64,000 bases of DNA from Bugula neritina (lineage: Eukaryota > Animalia > Bryozoa). The notes below the pieces were generated by a model. That model did no database searches. It was given only the letters and a program-made list of their open reading frames with translations, and was not told the DNA's origin. Shown here in pieces: positions 1 through 30,000 of this stretch. Made by a program: the position numbers and the translations under genes. Position 1 is the first letter of the stretch. Every line of letters begins with the position of its first letter. The DNA is taken from contig OZ037765.1 in NCBI GenBank assembly GCA_964035545.1, forward strand, positions 29,201,504 to 29,265,503. The letters run 5' to 3'.

Positions 1-38
1 AACAGCGGATTTAAGCGGTTTTACACTTCTTCTGTGAT

Positions 39-7280
<7,242 letters not shown>

Positions 7281-7295
<15 letters not shown>

Positions 7296-7437
7296 CTTTT
7301 CAACACATCTGTAGCTTTTCAACACATCTGTAGCTTTTCAACACATTTGTAGTTTGTTAGCACAATTGTAGTGTGTCAACAGATCTGTAGCTTTGTTAAC
7401 ACATCTGCAGTCTATCAACACGTCTCAGCTTGTCAAC
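7281..7437 (+). repeat. Tandem repeat of about 19-20 bp (TCAACACATCTGTAGCTTT) spanning the stop codon and 3' UTR of copy 1
   Basis: About eight progressively degenerate units; the first encodes S-T-H-L-stop. Confidence 0.9.
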
Positions 7438-9801
7438 CTGACTATATAGTCTGAGGTATCTATACTATTACTTTATAAATGAAAAACACCACAGCCTTAA
7501 ATTGAATTAAAATGTTTAGATTAAAAGCTTAGTTCCTACAGCAAATGCTACTACCTTGGTTTATTGTAAGCTTTGAATGGTGATCAAATTCTTTTAGCCG
7601 CTTTTTGTTATATATAAAATATTGTCTGTATTTTTCTAATTTTTTTAACTTTTTGCAAACAATAATTGTTAAAAATAACAGTTTTATATTAGAAAACAAA
7701 TGTATGCCCATAATTATTTTTATAAAAAATAAGCTGCAAAATACTGATGGTGTGCAATAAAAAAGCCTGTATTCAAAATGATACTCATGTGCCTTACAAT
7801 AGCAGATACTGCTTTTCGAATGGCATAAATTTTTCACTGCCACGAAGCACCTTTACTGTTATTAAATGATGTACTGCCAAATAAAAAAGCTAAATAGCTT
7901 TATGACAAAAGTGCATCTCCCAGACAGCTTACTATCTATGATATCAATATCAATGCATAGAAATATCCAGTGCTTTACATTCAATGCCAGGAGTGATTGC
8001 AATCATGGACTCTCTTATGGACTTTCAGTCACATAAGAGTTTAGTATGGATCTCTGCCAGATTTATCTGCCAACTTTTCTTACCAGCATACAACAAACAG
8101 AGGGTTTAGTATTACCTAGCAATTTCTTCTGAGCTGTTCCTTTACCTTTACCTGCATCATTCTTTAAACATGAATGTGCCAATATATCAGAAGCCAAAAT
8201 TCTGTCAGTTAAAATAGTACCAGATTGAAGAAGCTGCTTGTTAAGCATTGGAAAATATAACTAGGGTTATAGTTCAATGGTTCTACTCACTCGGCAGTCT
8301 GTAATGAAGTCCTCATGCAGTCTTTACTTTTACTGCTTCAATAGCCAATGTCCAAGCCATACAAGCTGGTAGGAAATCCGAATTCTTGTAGGGCAGTTAG
8401 CCAATCACCTCAGGGTAGCTTGTAGCTACTCTGATAAATACTATAAACCACATTATATTCCAAGCATATAACATCTACTTACAATTTGATTATTAAATAA
8501 TAGCTTTCTAATCTAGATTTTGCCTAAATGCACATTAGTAGTATAGTGAGCCACTTTTCAACTATTTAATATTTGTTAGCCTTCTTTAATTAGTATAAGT
8601 GAAACGTTGGAGAGGTATATGGTTTCTGCAACACAATTGATATTAATCTAGCTCTCACATACATAAATTCTTAAGCATGTAGCAAAGTATTGCATTTCGA
8701 TCCATGCTTCAACTAAATTTCTGTCCACAAAGAATATAAATGATAAAATTTTAAACTCCAAAGAAAAACATTTAAGTAGATTAATTTTTAAACTGTGAAT
8801 ATAACTTGAAGTTTTATACAGCATGATTTCACTTTGACTGTAAAACCATGACATCTTGCATGCAAGCATATTTTTATTTATGCATTTGTATTTTGTATTG
8901 TATATATTATTTCCGTTATATAAAATGCGCGTGGTTCTATTACAGTTGACACAACACACAGCAGTACTGTTATAACATAAACTGTTTTATTCTATAAACT
9001 AAACCGTTTATATATAGGTGGTGTACAATCATACATTATTATGAAACAATATGAAGGAGTATTACTTCCTGTTGCAATATCCTGTTGTCACAAACAAGTT
9101 ATAGTAAACAACAATAACAACAATGAGTTGTGCAAGTGGGTGATTGTAACACAAACACTACACATATGCTAAATGAGTTAGTGATGCAAGATTTCAAACT
9201 TTACTACCAGCTGTTATTCCCTTGTAGCACTACATTATGATATTTTTACAGCTATAACGGTTTTTTATCCTTGAAAATATTTTCTATAGATTTTTCAGTT
9301 AGTAAAGTTCGTAGTGATTCAAGAAAGAAATTTTTGAGGTTCTTAAAATAAACAATAATTAGAAGTTAAAACAGCGGACAAACCTTTCAACCTCCACTAA
9401 TTATTTGGTTCTAAGAATCATTAAATTTGTAATTAGTTTGCTTTCTAAAGTAAATAAATTCAAATAAACTGCATGTAATCATAGATGAGACTTTAATGTG
9501 CATTATAGGCGGTTCGTATTTGTAATAAATGGTTTCTTATACACCAAATACAGAATAAACATTTATTCATAAAAATAGTGTGTAGAGGTTAAGTTTCTGT
9601 GACAACTATTTGTTTAGCAGCTCGTGAGGTGGTGTGAACTGCATTATCAGTTTTCTACATTTCCCGTGGGTCAACTATTATAACTTGCATGAGCATATTA
9701 TATAAATATAGTATATAAACTTATATATTTATCTAAATCTAATAGAAGTGGTACAAACTGTATAGATTACAGAGCAATACAATATTATATGTTAATGTTA
9801 G

Positions 9802-10100
9802 TTTAAAGTATTTTAATTGAAGTATTGAAACTCACATTGCTTTATATATAGGCTACCTACCTAAATTAAAAAATGGTACAAAGTCTTAAAGAAAGAAACT
9901 TTGCTCATAACAAAAGAAAGCCTATTGGCTGTAAATAACACAACACTTTTGTGCTTAGAAAATTTAGGTTAGTCTTTTGACAACTTTATTTACTTACGTA
10001 GCAATTAGACTGCATGTCACTGGAAACCAGTGCATTCCACTATCTGCCAGAAGTTATTCTTTAGTGGTTTTCTGTTTTCCTCCAGTGAATGCATAGTAGA
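9802..10100 (-). pseudogene. Inverted fragment of SLC5 exon 1 (3' part) plus the start of intron 1
   Basis: Reverse complement aligns to about 10665-10963 (copy 2 exon 1/intron 1). Reads YYAFTGGKQKTTKE*LLADSGMHWFPVTCSLIA with a TAT>TAA stop, then gtaagt and intron-1 sequence. Confidence 0.88.
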
Positions 10101-10439
10101 GTTTAGTAGTTGTGATATATGTTATTGTGTGCCAGTTTATATGATATTATAAGAGTGTAAAACTAAATGGATATCCATGTTACAATATAAGCTAAAGTTC
10201 GAGGTGAACTGACAAACTATTTACTTACTTATTTAGTTGTGTATTAAATGCATGTTTGTTTTTATACACTTTAGCTGCTATTTTATTACCATATTACAAA
10301 TGTTGTCTTATATTTTGCCTTCTGTTATTCTCACAATATAGGGATTGATGTCAAAAATTCTTGACATGCTCTCAAATACATGTTCAGTATATGGTAATCT
10401 ATAACTGCTGGTAACCCACTAGAAGGGCAATAAAAAGCA

Positions 10440-10490
10440 ACAAATGGAACGATCAACAACAGCCAATAGAAAAGCTTGATTGTTGTTTTG
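10440..10490 (+). promoter_or_regulatory. Conserved upstream block with CCAAT motif (copy 2)
   Basis: CAAATGGAAC...AACAACAGCCAATAG.AA.GCTTG..TGTTGTT is shared with 20918-20965, at about the same distance from the ATG, while much flanking DNA has diverged. Confidence 0.45.
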
Positions 10491-10588
10491 TTAGAAAATT
10501 AAAAACAGCATTATAAAATCACTCCCATTTAATCTAATAGTTAGTCTCTAGATTCCTGTTAAAACTTGTAAAACATTATTTCTGTGGC

Positions 10589-18289
<7,701 letters not shown>

Positions 18290-20917
18290 CTGAAACAGAA
18301 ATGACTTAACTGTACAAGTTTATTAGTTTTTCACTCCTATTCTGAAAAGAAATACAAAAATTATGTTATCATGTTTATTTAAATTTTTGTTTGTTATCTT
18401 GTGATGACTTGAAAGTTGCTACAGAATTTTAGCTGAAGCAAGAGTGGTGCAACTATTCAATTAGTTATTTTTATTACTATTTCAGTATATTATGCAATAA
18501 CAGAGCACATAAAATTTCACATTTGCTGTTTAGCTAAGCTCCTAATATTGTCTTGTAATTACTAAAGGAATAAATCTACTTTGTTATTATATAATATAAT
18601 AGAGTTGAATTTTGTATGCATATTCCCTAATTTTGTTGTAGATGGTTTGCTTATTTTTTTAGATGGCTTAATCGTGCTGTGCTTACATATGTTTGTGTTA
18701 ACAGCTGATATAGCTGGTAAATTTTTATCTTTGTTAAATCTGCAATAAATATTCTGAGTAGAACAATAAAGCTTGCAAATTGCAAATAATTACTGGTATG
18801 CAGTGTGTATAATTGAGGTTTAGGAACAATTTGGCCTAGAACACTTTTGATAATTAATTATGTAATATGCATTAGGAAGCCATATTGCATTATGCAAATG
18901 ATTTTTCTTTACCAAATTCAATGCAACAAGGCTGTAGTGTTTTCAAATCATAAATGAGTATTGTGTATTTCACTGTCTCAGTATTTGAATTTAGACTCAA
19001 AATAATGTTCTTTATTCACCAAATCTATCATATATTTGTGAATCATTCGAGTGCGGTATAATTTATGTTTCATTTTAAGTTAGAATCTCTCTCTGCAGTC
19101 GGTCAATTTGACAATGACTGATGTATGTTCTAAATCACACTCCTGGTCTGCTACGTTGAAAAAACATTTTTATAAAGGATAACTATGCTATTCCCAACAG
19201 GCCATGGGCAGTGCTATTAATATAGCCATGCTTACCCAGGAGGGATAAAATTGCTATATCAAAGTTATTTTAAGGAGTTGATGTCAATGCTAACTTGGAT
19301 GCAGTTCGTTCAAAAACACATGTTTTGTACAGCACCATCATTTAAAACACAACATGCCTTGGACATTCAGCAATCCTGGGTAACCATTTGCTACTGATTA
19401 AACTTGCATTCTGACCAACTATAGATTAATGAAACATGATTGTGTTGAAGTGACATAACTTACAAGGTCATTCTATTTTATTTAACATGCACCATGCAGC
19501 AAATCTGGTCAAACATGCAAGTAAACTTGCTCAAATTTCATAAAAAATGCCATTTGGAACACTTTCATGGGCTGATTTCAAATATGTATATAAGAAAAAA
19601 GACTAAGGAATGGCTCTGCAAAGCTTTCTTATATGACAGAAACACAGGCCTACTATGTATCCTATTTTCTTGAAGCACTTGCATAATGATGTCACTGCAT
19701 ATACTTCAGTCATAAGCGAGTTTAGATGCTAAAATATTTAATGATGTTTTGCAAAGTAGCTACCAATGCATGCTTTAACCTAGCGCGCTTTAAAATCTGG
19801 TTAAGATAGAAGATAGAATGTCAAACACATGTTTTCTGCATGCCTACACTAGAATGCCTTGAGTGCAAACATCTAACGCATGCATCAGTCACCAAACCCT
19901 GGAAAAATATTTGGCTTCATTATTACAAAGTTGTGCTTAATTAACGTCAATTGACTTGACCGGTCTAACAATGGGATCTCGAATATACAGATCACATATC
20001 TGGTACATAAGCCATGGAGTTTATAGATTACAGAATAAGGTTTGTATTGATATATAATATTGTATATCATTAGTGGTGTCCTATTTAGAGTTCACTTGTA
20101 ATACATTCATTTAATGTCTGCCAGTTTATATTATATTGTATAATATTATAAAACTAAATGTATATTAAGGTTACGTTATCAGTTGACCATCTGATTCTTG
20201 ACCCAATTATTTCATTTATATGCAGTGTAGCTATCTTGTAGATGAGGTACAAACTGTATAGATCATGGATAATGTTGGTGATGTATATAAGGTATATAAT
20301 ATTATGAGTGGGGGGCTCACTGGTTGTAATACATCATAATTGCTATTGCTTGCCCTAGTTTGAATGACTTTAAAAATCTTTCAAGGCTCTTTGGTTGACC
20401 ATCAAATTATTAATCATGATTATTATACGCCATATCCACTAAAGCCATAAACACCATCGTTACACTAGAACTAAAAACCTATTATTTTACATGTTATAAT
20501 TTTTGTTTCTGCCCTCATATACAAACCTAATCTCATACCAATTGCAATTAAATGACTACATAAACATGCAGATATACCCACTTATGTATATATAAATATA
20601 TACATATACGATAACCATGCATGCAGATTTAACCTGTATAATTTATTTTATGAAATTTAAATGTTAGGTAACTGTTGGTGAAATCAATTTATGCAACTGC
20701 CCTAACAATGAAATCCCACGTAATAAATTATACAGGTTGTTTTTAACATGTGTGATACAACTGCTGCGTCTTTTATAAATAGAAATGTTGTTGCTGCACA
20801 TTTTGTCATCTGTTTTTCTCACAATATTATGGAGTACCAAATGTACCAGCATAATTTATAAATAGAAAGTTGTTGCAATGCCCACAAAGTCATGTCCAGC
20901 AGGGTAATAACGTGTAA

Positions 20918-20965
20918 CAAGTGGAACAACTAACAACAGCCAATAGGAAGGCTTGCCTGTTGTTA
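20918..20965 (+). promoter_or_regulatory. Conserved upstream block with CCAAT motif (copy 3)
   Basis: Homologue of 10440-10490, about 115 bp upstream of ATG 21057. Confidence 0.45.
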
Positions 20966-21056
20966 GGTTAGATAATTCTTTCTACAGTTTGTAAAACCGT
21001 TGACTTTTAATCTTCAAGTTGGTTTCTGAAAGTTAGGTTGACAGATTTCAAGACTC

Positions 21057-24000
21057 ATGGAGCTGATATACTTCAGCTGGCCAGATTATTTGTTGGTAGC
21101 TATTGTGTTGGTAGTTTCTGCAGGAATTGGGTTCTACTATGCATTCACTGGAGGAAAACAGAAAACCACCAAAGAATATCTTCTGGCAGATAAAGGAATG
21201 CACTGGTTCCCAGTGACTTGCAGCCTTATTGCCACGTAAGTAAATGAAGTTGTCAAATGATGTACTTAAACTTTTTAAGTACCAGAAATATTTGCAGTAT
21301 TTCTAACTAGCGCTCTTTTTTGTTTGGGCTTTGTATTATTTTATATTAGGTAGGTAGCCTATTATAATGTAATATAAGTTTTTAGCACTTTTAATAAAAT
21401 ACTTTAAATTGATTAACGCAAGACTTTGAATTTGGTTAATGCCTATAAGATAGTTAAAAATTTTGGTAGCAATTATTAATTAATGTATCAAACTATTATA
21501 ACAAGGTGGGATTAATGTGATTAATGTGAATTTGTAGCTTTTTATTGCTAGCAAGTCGTAGAATTCTTGACACACTCCATTTACGCAATAACAAAATATT
21601 TATATATATCTTAGCTATAATCAGCTCAAGACTATTTGAAGACTTTAGGCTCAAAAATTATTTTATAAAGAATTCTGCTGATGCCGCATAATTGGAGACA
21701 TTATAAAACTTTAAACTTTCAAGTCAGCTCTGAAATTAAGTTTGTGTTACAGTTGCGAAAGATAGCTTGCAATGAAAGTTTATAGTTTCATAATAATGAA
21801 TTGGCGCAAACTAAATTACTAGAGTATACAACCATCAATCTAAATATGGTAGATATGTTTGAAAATTTTAATACTGCATAAATCAAGTGTATCGGGATTC
21901 TTCAAGGTGTCACAATTATTTTTATTCTCTCCGCACAAATAAAAACAGCCAATATCAAAAAGATCATTTTTTGTAAAAATTTGAATGCTAAAAAATATTT
22001 TAATCCACAAAAATCTTTCAGCAGTAAATTTTATTGTATAATAGGAAGCAAATTAGACTTGAATTTGCTTCACAGAAATTTGCCTCCTTATCAAATTCAG
22101 TACAACAACGCAAATTTAATGTTTTGAGGCTAATTATTGTTTATTCCAAAAGCCCAGTAGTTAAATTTTAAATTCAAAATATCAATCATACACTTATGAA
22201 TCATTTGGGCAGATTGATTAATGTTGAATAATTGTTTATATAAAAGATAATGCTATTCCATCAAACTTATGGCTGCAGCCATAACACAACCATTCAGGTG
22301 ATAATGTTATTTACATGCCAGAATTTATCCTAAAGGTTTAAGGTGGCTCCACGTTGGGGTTTTTCTGCGCCAAAAATATGTACCATAATTGCAACATTTT
22401 TATTATAGCAACATATTTTATACATTCAGAAACCCTGGTTAAACATAATATAATATTATGAAATCCTTATTTGCTGAATCAATGAGGCGTGATATTTAAA
22501 AGTATGATTCAGTTTTAATTTCAAACAACTTGAAATATTCATGTTGAAAACATTTACCTAAATGAGCCCAGCATTGTATCAAGGCCATTACAGAGTGCAA
22601 TATATTCCTTGGTGTCTCACATGTAGATTTCAGTTTGATTGTAGTGAGTTCAAAACAGAAACAAGTTAAAGTTTGATCTCAGTAACTTTGAGTCTGTCCA
22701 ACTTTCCTTAGCATATTTACAGTTTAATATCTCCTGCCAATTATTCTATCAATGATTGCCAAATTGATTTTAGCTCAGTAGCTTACACACCAAAGAGATA
22801 GTAGCAAAATAATACTAAACTCCTTCAATTATTTGCATTTTCAAATGTCAATAAAGTGAGATGGCATGTTATTATCTTGTAATGCACAATTAGGTAAATT
22901 TCTACCAGATTATTGCAATAAAGTGTTGAACCAAACAAAGCATAGTTATAGTTGTGCAGTATAGTGAGTAATCAATTTAATGAAAGCAATAAAAGTATTT
23001 CACAAAAAATGTAGCCTTGATCAATTAAAAACAGACTACCTAAATATTCTAACATATCACCATCAGATAAGAGAAAACAACTGCACACAACAAACATGTC
23101 AAAATATGACAAACAGGAAACCAAGTTTCTAAACAATGTTTGCTTTTTAAACAGATAATTAGTTAAAGTTATAGAATCAAAAATAGAAGCATTGGCTGAA
23201 AAAAGGACTTTGTTAAAAATATCGTGAGAATATAAGCAGGGTTGATGATAATATAGGGGATTGTAGCAACTATAGAAGGCCGTAGTCACCCTATATATGA
23301 GTACACAATAAGAAAACATTATAGTGAGAATTACTGGCATAATTTAATTTACTCAGTTACTTATCTATATAATTAAACAAAATGTGCCAGCACATACTAT
23401 AGCAATCAAATTTACCAGCATAAAATGACCAAATTTATGAAAAGAATTTACTATAATAATTTGGTCAAATCTACTATAGTATTGTAAATTGTTCTTTATA
23501 CCAAATACTAACTACAGAGCAATAAAATTTGCTGATGCCAAACACCATCAAAGGACAATCATCTAACAAAAGAAAACACCAGAAAACATGCACACCATGA
23601 AACATGGGAAGACAACTGCTAATCTGCAATAGACAACAAAAGCTTTTTCACAAATTCCTGAACTGGGTTTTAACGAAAAACATTTAACTATATGCATCAT
23701 TGACTTCTACACTGTTTTTGTAAATGTAAACCATTTATGTACATTAACCGCTGCTATGAAATCACTGCTAAGTAATTCTGACATGTTCTGTTACTTCTAC
23801 AAAACAATATTTTATCGGCCACAACTGAGTCGGCAAATTTGGCAGGACGCAAGTTCTGGCCGAGTTCTTACAATCGCATGATTGCAAACCTAACCAAGTC
23901 AATTCATTCTATGCTTTGGTTATGAATGAGATAATACTAGCCAGCAAAAAAATAAAGCTGATTCAGAAAGCCAAAGGCGCACTAAGCCAAACATTCAAAA

Positions 24001-27000
24001 CTGACGTCTAAAGTGAACTAAGTTGGTTTCTAGGGATAGAGCCTATACGCGGTGAAGATAACTACAAAATCAGCCGACAACGACATGCGAAAGCAGTATT
24101 TTCATAGATTCTAAATATTCAACTTCAAACCTGCATTTACACCTACTAAGAAGGTCTTGTGACCTAAGAAAAACTACTGGCACAAAAAAGCAATAGGAAT
24201 ACTAAACTGCTGCAGATATTAACTGAAATATATAAAAGCTAGACTACTGCTTGCCCTGAAATGACTATTTAGATCAAGATATTAAAGCATTACGTGAAAT
24301 TATTTATACAGATGAATGCTTAGCAGGATATGCTGATTCTGACTAAAGTGATTGTCGAAGATTGATGGGCAGCTACAGGATATGTTAACATATTAGGAGG
24401 AGCTTTAAATAGTTGGAAGACCTGAAAACAGTCAACCGTTAGGCCATTATGCTGTGAATTGCTGAATATATGGCTATTGGTAATGGGACCAATAAAATGC
24501 TAGGCTTGCTTATAACTTGTTTACTGATTCACTGTGTGCATTGTTGAACTTGATGCAATCTAAATGTTAATAACCAGGTATAGCTTTAAAAACTTAGGCA
24601 ATGCAACCAGTCAAAATCATAAGACCGTAAATGTTGTCAGGCCATTAAAGTCCATCAACATGCTATCAAGGCAACCGCCAACCCCTATACACATGGATTG
24701 AAATACTGTGAAGAGTGCTGAGATACAAACTGATAACTGGGAATTTATTTTATAAAATTGTTTTTTTTCTGTATTGGTTGCATCACCTAGCTGCACTAGA
24801 GGAGGAGTTTCATATTATGTTATGTACCAACAGCACAAGTTTTACTCTTTTTGAAAATGCTCCTGACATATTGATACAGATAGTTTGAGTTAAATGGCAG
24901 TCTACTAGAAAACAGCCACACTAATGTTGATCCTCTCAGACTGGTTGAAGATGAACTGATATGCATGAATAAATGGGAAAACAGCGATGGTTACTGAATA
25001 TTTTTGATTTTTAATTATCTGTTATAATGTGCAACAACGAAATATACAAAAACTAGTGTTTTAATTTGTTTAGTAGTTTAAAAATAAATTCATAATTCAA
25101 CTATTAAAAGTATTATTATTATTTATACAAAATAAATAAAATCTACATCAACATGCAGTAATAGATACAGATTGCCAATTATTGCATACCTACTGCTGTA
25201 TTTAAACTATGGGAGACAGATATATATTGTAATTTGCCCCAATAGAGAGATACCTCTAGCTACTAAAGCTATGCAGAATACAATTCAAAATGCTCTGCTT
25301 GCAGTTTTGAATCTTCGCTGTCGCTGTTAGGACTGCCTGGGGAAATTTATACTTTTGGCACAATCATCATATACGGCTTCATCTTCAAGCCCATCGGAGT
25401 AATAATTGCAGCCAAATTCTACCTGCCAGTTTTTAGGAAAGTGGGTGGCATCAGTTTGTACAAGGTAAAATATAATTAATACACATTTGTTTAGATATTA
25501 TGATAAAATACACATGTTTTGCTGTATAAACTATAGATGACTAATGTTTTACAGTTGTCTTTTCTTATTATTATTTACTTGTAATGATTTTTATTCATTC
25601 TTAATTAAAAAAAAACTGTTTGATCTTCAAACTTCTTTGAAGCTATATATACCAGCATAAAGTAGGCAATTTTATAAAATTATCTATGTTGTTGCAGCTA
25701 CCATCTGTATATAATACAAAGGAAACAATATGCATGCAAAGAATGGGGTTGTGGTTTGCACTACTGTTCAAACCCCACAATTGGTATACATATTATGTCA
25801 TTATATTTAGATTTATTTTATTTATATTTTAGTATGTGAGAGAGAGGTATGGTAGAGTAATACAGATGTTCATGTTAGTGGCTGGAACATTTCAAATGGT
25901 AAGCACATACGCTATTGTATATTATTACACAAGCAATAATACATCGCCCAACATCTATATAATGTTTTTATATCTTGCAAAACCTGCAAAAAACATTCAT
26001 TAATAATTTTAAACTAGAAAAATTAGAATGAGGTTTTGTTGCAGAATTTCGTGTTATCTGTTATTTTAATGTATAATTGTTAATTTAATGTTAATTGTTA
26101 ATCTAATGGTAATTGTTAATTTAGTGTTAATTGTTAATTTAATTGTTAATTTAGTGTTAATTGTTAATTTAATGATAAATGGGGAAGCAATTGCAGCATC
26201 AATTTCTGAATTTTTGTTTTAAGCTATTACTCCTAAATAGTGAAATGCATTTATTGGCAATTAACTTTGTATTTATTCTTCTGATGTGATGGCTTTATGC
26301 ATGTTTTAGTTGATGTTTTGCTCTCTTATCATGTTTGGACCAGCTTTATCAATTTCCGCTGGTAAGATTATATCTATAATACACATGAATAATTTTTTAA
26401 AACAAGAAAATATTTATAACACACTTCAATTCAAGAAATTGTTGAAATATTGGTTTGCTTGTAATTGTATGAAAATTACAGTATTTGTATAAAATTTATA
26501 TGCACCCCTATAAAACCTTGATTGATGTTTCTATTTTAGTTACTGGAGTAAACATATGGCTAGCTGTCATTTCAGTTGCTGGTGTAGCCATCATCTACAC
26601 AGTACTTGTAAGTTGGAGTTATTGCCCCTCTTTAGTAGCTTATCGTATTAAAGATATTTGTATTCTGTTCAGAATTCAAACTATTTTTAAATTGGTTTAT
26701 TGCAAAGATTTAAATCAGATGGGTAGAAATTTTGGTCACATCAACTGTTAGTGAATTAGTTATATAATTATTGCATAATTAAGAATTATCAGTAATTCAG
26801 CATGTAAAGCTCACTTCAACAATTTGGTAGAAGGTTACTCCATCCAGCTGGAAAACTAGCAACATGTAGAATTTTAAAATTAAAAACAATAAAAAAGTTA
26901 ATATTTGTGGATTATATATATTCAATGACTATAAAACTCATAAAACATTAATATGGTTAGAAATTTTGTTTTGTTTTTCAATAATAATAATCAATATAAT

Positions 27001-30000
27001 CATTACAGCTATAGCACACCCGTTATAGTCAAGATGACCACATAGCAAGACCTATGTAAATCTAACTCAGTGAAGCTGAAAATTGAAAAAATGCATACCA
27101 TTTAACTTATAAAATTATATAATAAATTCTAAACATAGATATTTATTTTTGATTCAATAGAACTGAATTTTAAATATTTTATAATCACCCAGGGAGGTCT
27201 CAAAGCTGTACTCTGGACGGACACTCTTCAGCTGGTTATTATGATGGGAGGAACTTTTGTGGTTTTGATATATGGAATTGTGGATGGGGGTGGAATGGCA
27301 GAAATTTGGGAAGCAAACAAACTTAGTGGACGTTTAGACTTTCTTGAGTATGTTGAGTAGCCTATATTATATTCAATTGAAAGTGAAAATATAGAAAGTA
27401 ATAAATTGTCATTATCAAATTGTCTTACTTTAGAGTAAATAATCATCCCTTCAACTATGTGCACCTGCATTCAAAAGGTTATCGGCTTGCATTATAAATT
27501 TATCCTAATTATACTAGATTATATCGACACATTACAAAATACATCCTTTACCACATTTTAGCTAGTGCACATCTAAATTAGTACAAATAGATTAGATCAA
27601 CATTATTTTTAATTATATCATACATACAATGTAGTATATTACTCAAAATATTGAGTTATTTGTTTTTTGTTTCAGACCAGCTAAGTTCATTTCGATTGAC
27701 CCTCGAGTAAGACACTCAATATGGGGATTGGCTATTCATGGCATTATGGCGTTTGCTGGCTTCTATGGCACAAATCAAATGTCTTTTCAGCGGCTTATGG
27801 CTTTGAGAAAAAAGAAAAGCATTTATATGTAAGTTATTATATAACAATCACAAAGCTAATTTGCTTTTGGCACCTGCTTAACCGGTTCCTTTATCTTAAT
27901 ATAAAAGTCAATTATCAATGTACTAAAGGCACCTCTTTAAAATGAAATGCTAGAAAAGCAAGTGTGTTTCATTTACTATGATTTTAGAGTCTACGGTTTG
28001 ACAGCCTTCACAACTTGTGCTTTTGGAATTCTTTCTGCAACAATTGGTCTCATTATTTTTGCCCGAAATAAACATTGTGATCCACTGAATAACAAAGAGA
28101 TATTCTCAAAAGACCAGGTAGTTAGACAATAACTAATATAATAAATAATATAATATGTATACCTGTATTTAGCTGATGGCATGGTTTGGTTCACATGCAC
28201 TTTATTATCACAAACTCCGAAATTAAATTAACAATACTACTCAATAAATGTAGTACTGTAACGCACTAAAGTCTGGCAACTTCCTTACTAACATACATAC
28301 ATTATATGCAGAGCGTGTAATGGAGTCTACAATGTGTAATTGTCTTCTCATGTTTGTAGCCCTTGTACTACATATAAACCTGATAAGATGTTTGGTTTAC
28401 AACTCAATTTCACTTCATGATATTTTGTGCATGCTTATATATTATGTGTTTTCAGCTATACCCTCATTACGTCATGAGACTCATGGGGCATTTACCTGGT
28501 CTACCTGGACTTATTCTCTCGGCAATATTCAGTGCATCACTCAGGTCTTTCTTAAATATTTCAACCTGAACCTAAATGGACAACTCTATTTTTTATGGAA
28601 ATAAAACATATTATCTAAAATTATCTCTGAGTATAAAACGTAAACTTTGGAATTAGAATAGCTATCTTTTTCAAAGGGTTATATATAAGGAGTGCACATC
28701 TCTGAGTATTAAATAATTTTATATATCTCATCCTGTAAAAGAAAGGAAAATTTTATTTTATTTAATAATTTGAAATATTTTAGTTGTTGTATGTTTTTTG
28801 CAAGCCCTAGCTGTAGTGAATGAACAAGTACTGGCTTTTACATGTGTTTACCTAGACTTACCTAAACCTTCAAAATATACTGCTTTGTTCATGAAAGCCA
28901 TTATAGTCACTAGCTATTTATGTTATTGCATAAATTTCCTTTCCTTTCCTTGTAGCGCTTAAATCATGCACCCGGTAACTTTGATAATTTCTTCTTTACT
29001 TAGGAAATTTTAAGATGTTGCTACAAGTTACAATAATTTAATTTTTATTTGGGTTGATGAACATTCAAATTTGTTTAGTTATAATTTTATAGCCAATTCA
29101 GATTGTTCTCCCAATTTTCAATTAATTAAATTTTACGAAAATTTGCAAACAATTAATTTAATTGAAAAACTAAAATTCATTTTACTTAACTTTTAGCTCA
29201 CTGAGTTCTGGTATGAGTGCCATAGCTGCAATTGTTCTCCAAGAGTTTGTGAAACCATGTCGTCCCAACATGACAGACAGAACTGCTACTATTGTGTCTA
29301 AGATTATTGCTCTAAGCATGGGAGGTCTTCTCATCCTACTCACATTCTTTGCCAAGAATGTTGGAGTCGGTCTTTTCACGGTAATTCATTGTTTATAAAT
29401 ATTAAGATGACTAACAAATTTAGGAAATAGTACAGCTTGAGTTATGCAAAGTTATCATATAATCGCTAGAATGTAAAGTTTGTCTGCTATTATTGCTTCA
29501 AAGTACACATTCAAGCACAAGCAATATTATGGGTAATGAATAAATTTTCAAAATTAAGAAATTCAATTATGTATATTTATGTGTGCAATATATAGCATAT
29601 TTATCAGTTATATTTTGGAAATTTTAGACGTCTCTAGCTATTGGTGGTGCATTTGGCTCAGCCAGTTTTGCTGTGTTTACATCAGGAATATTTTTACCAA
29701 TAGTGAACCAGAAAGGAGCTATAATGGGGTTTCTCTGTGGTGCAGGTGAGTGCTTTCACATGTTCTTACCTTGGGAAGCAATTGTTTCAAAGCTATTAAA
29801 GACAATATCTTTTATAATAGTATAGCTTTTTGTTACAATAATTGTTTACAGCGTACAGCATATTCCTGGGATTTGGAGGACTAATAAACAGGCCGTATGT
29901 ATATCGGTATCCAGTATCTACAGCAGGATGTAATGTTACAGATGTTAACTTACTTAACAACTTAACATCTCCAGTCTATGACCCAAGTACTTGGGACCCA

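Noticed and set aside
7960-8450. CFTFNARS resembling the start of a LINE endonuclease
   Set aside because: Single short motif with no downstream support I could read.
22972-23340. 122-aa minus-strand ORF in intron 1 of copy 3
   Set aside because: No recognisable motif and AT-driven composition; likely chance.
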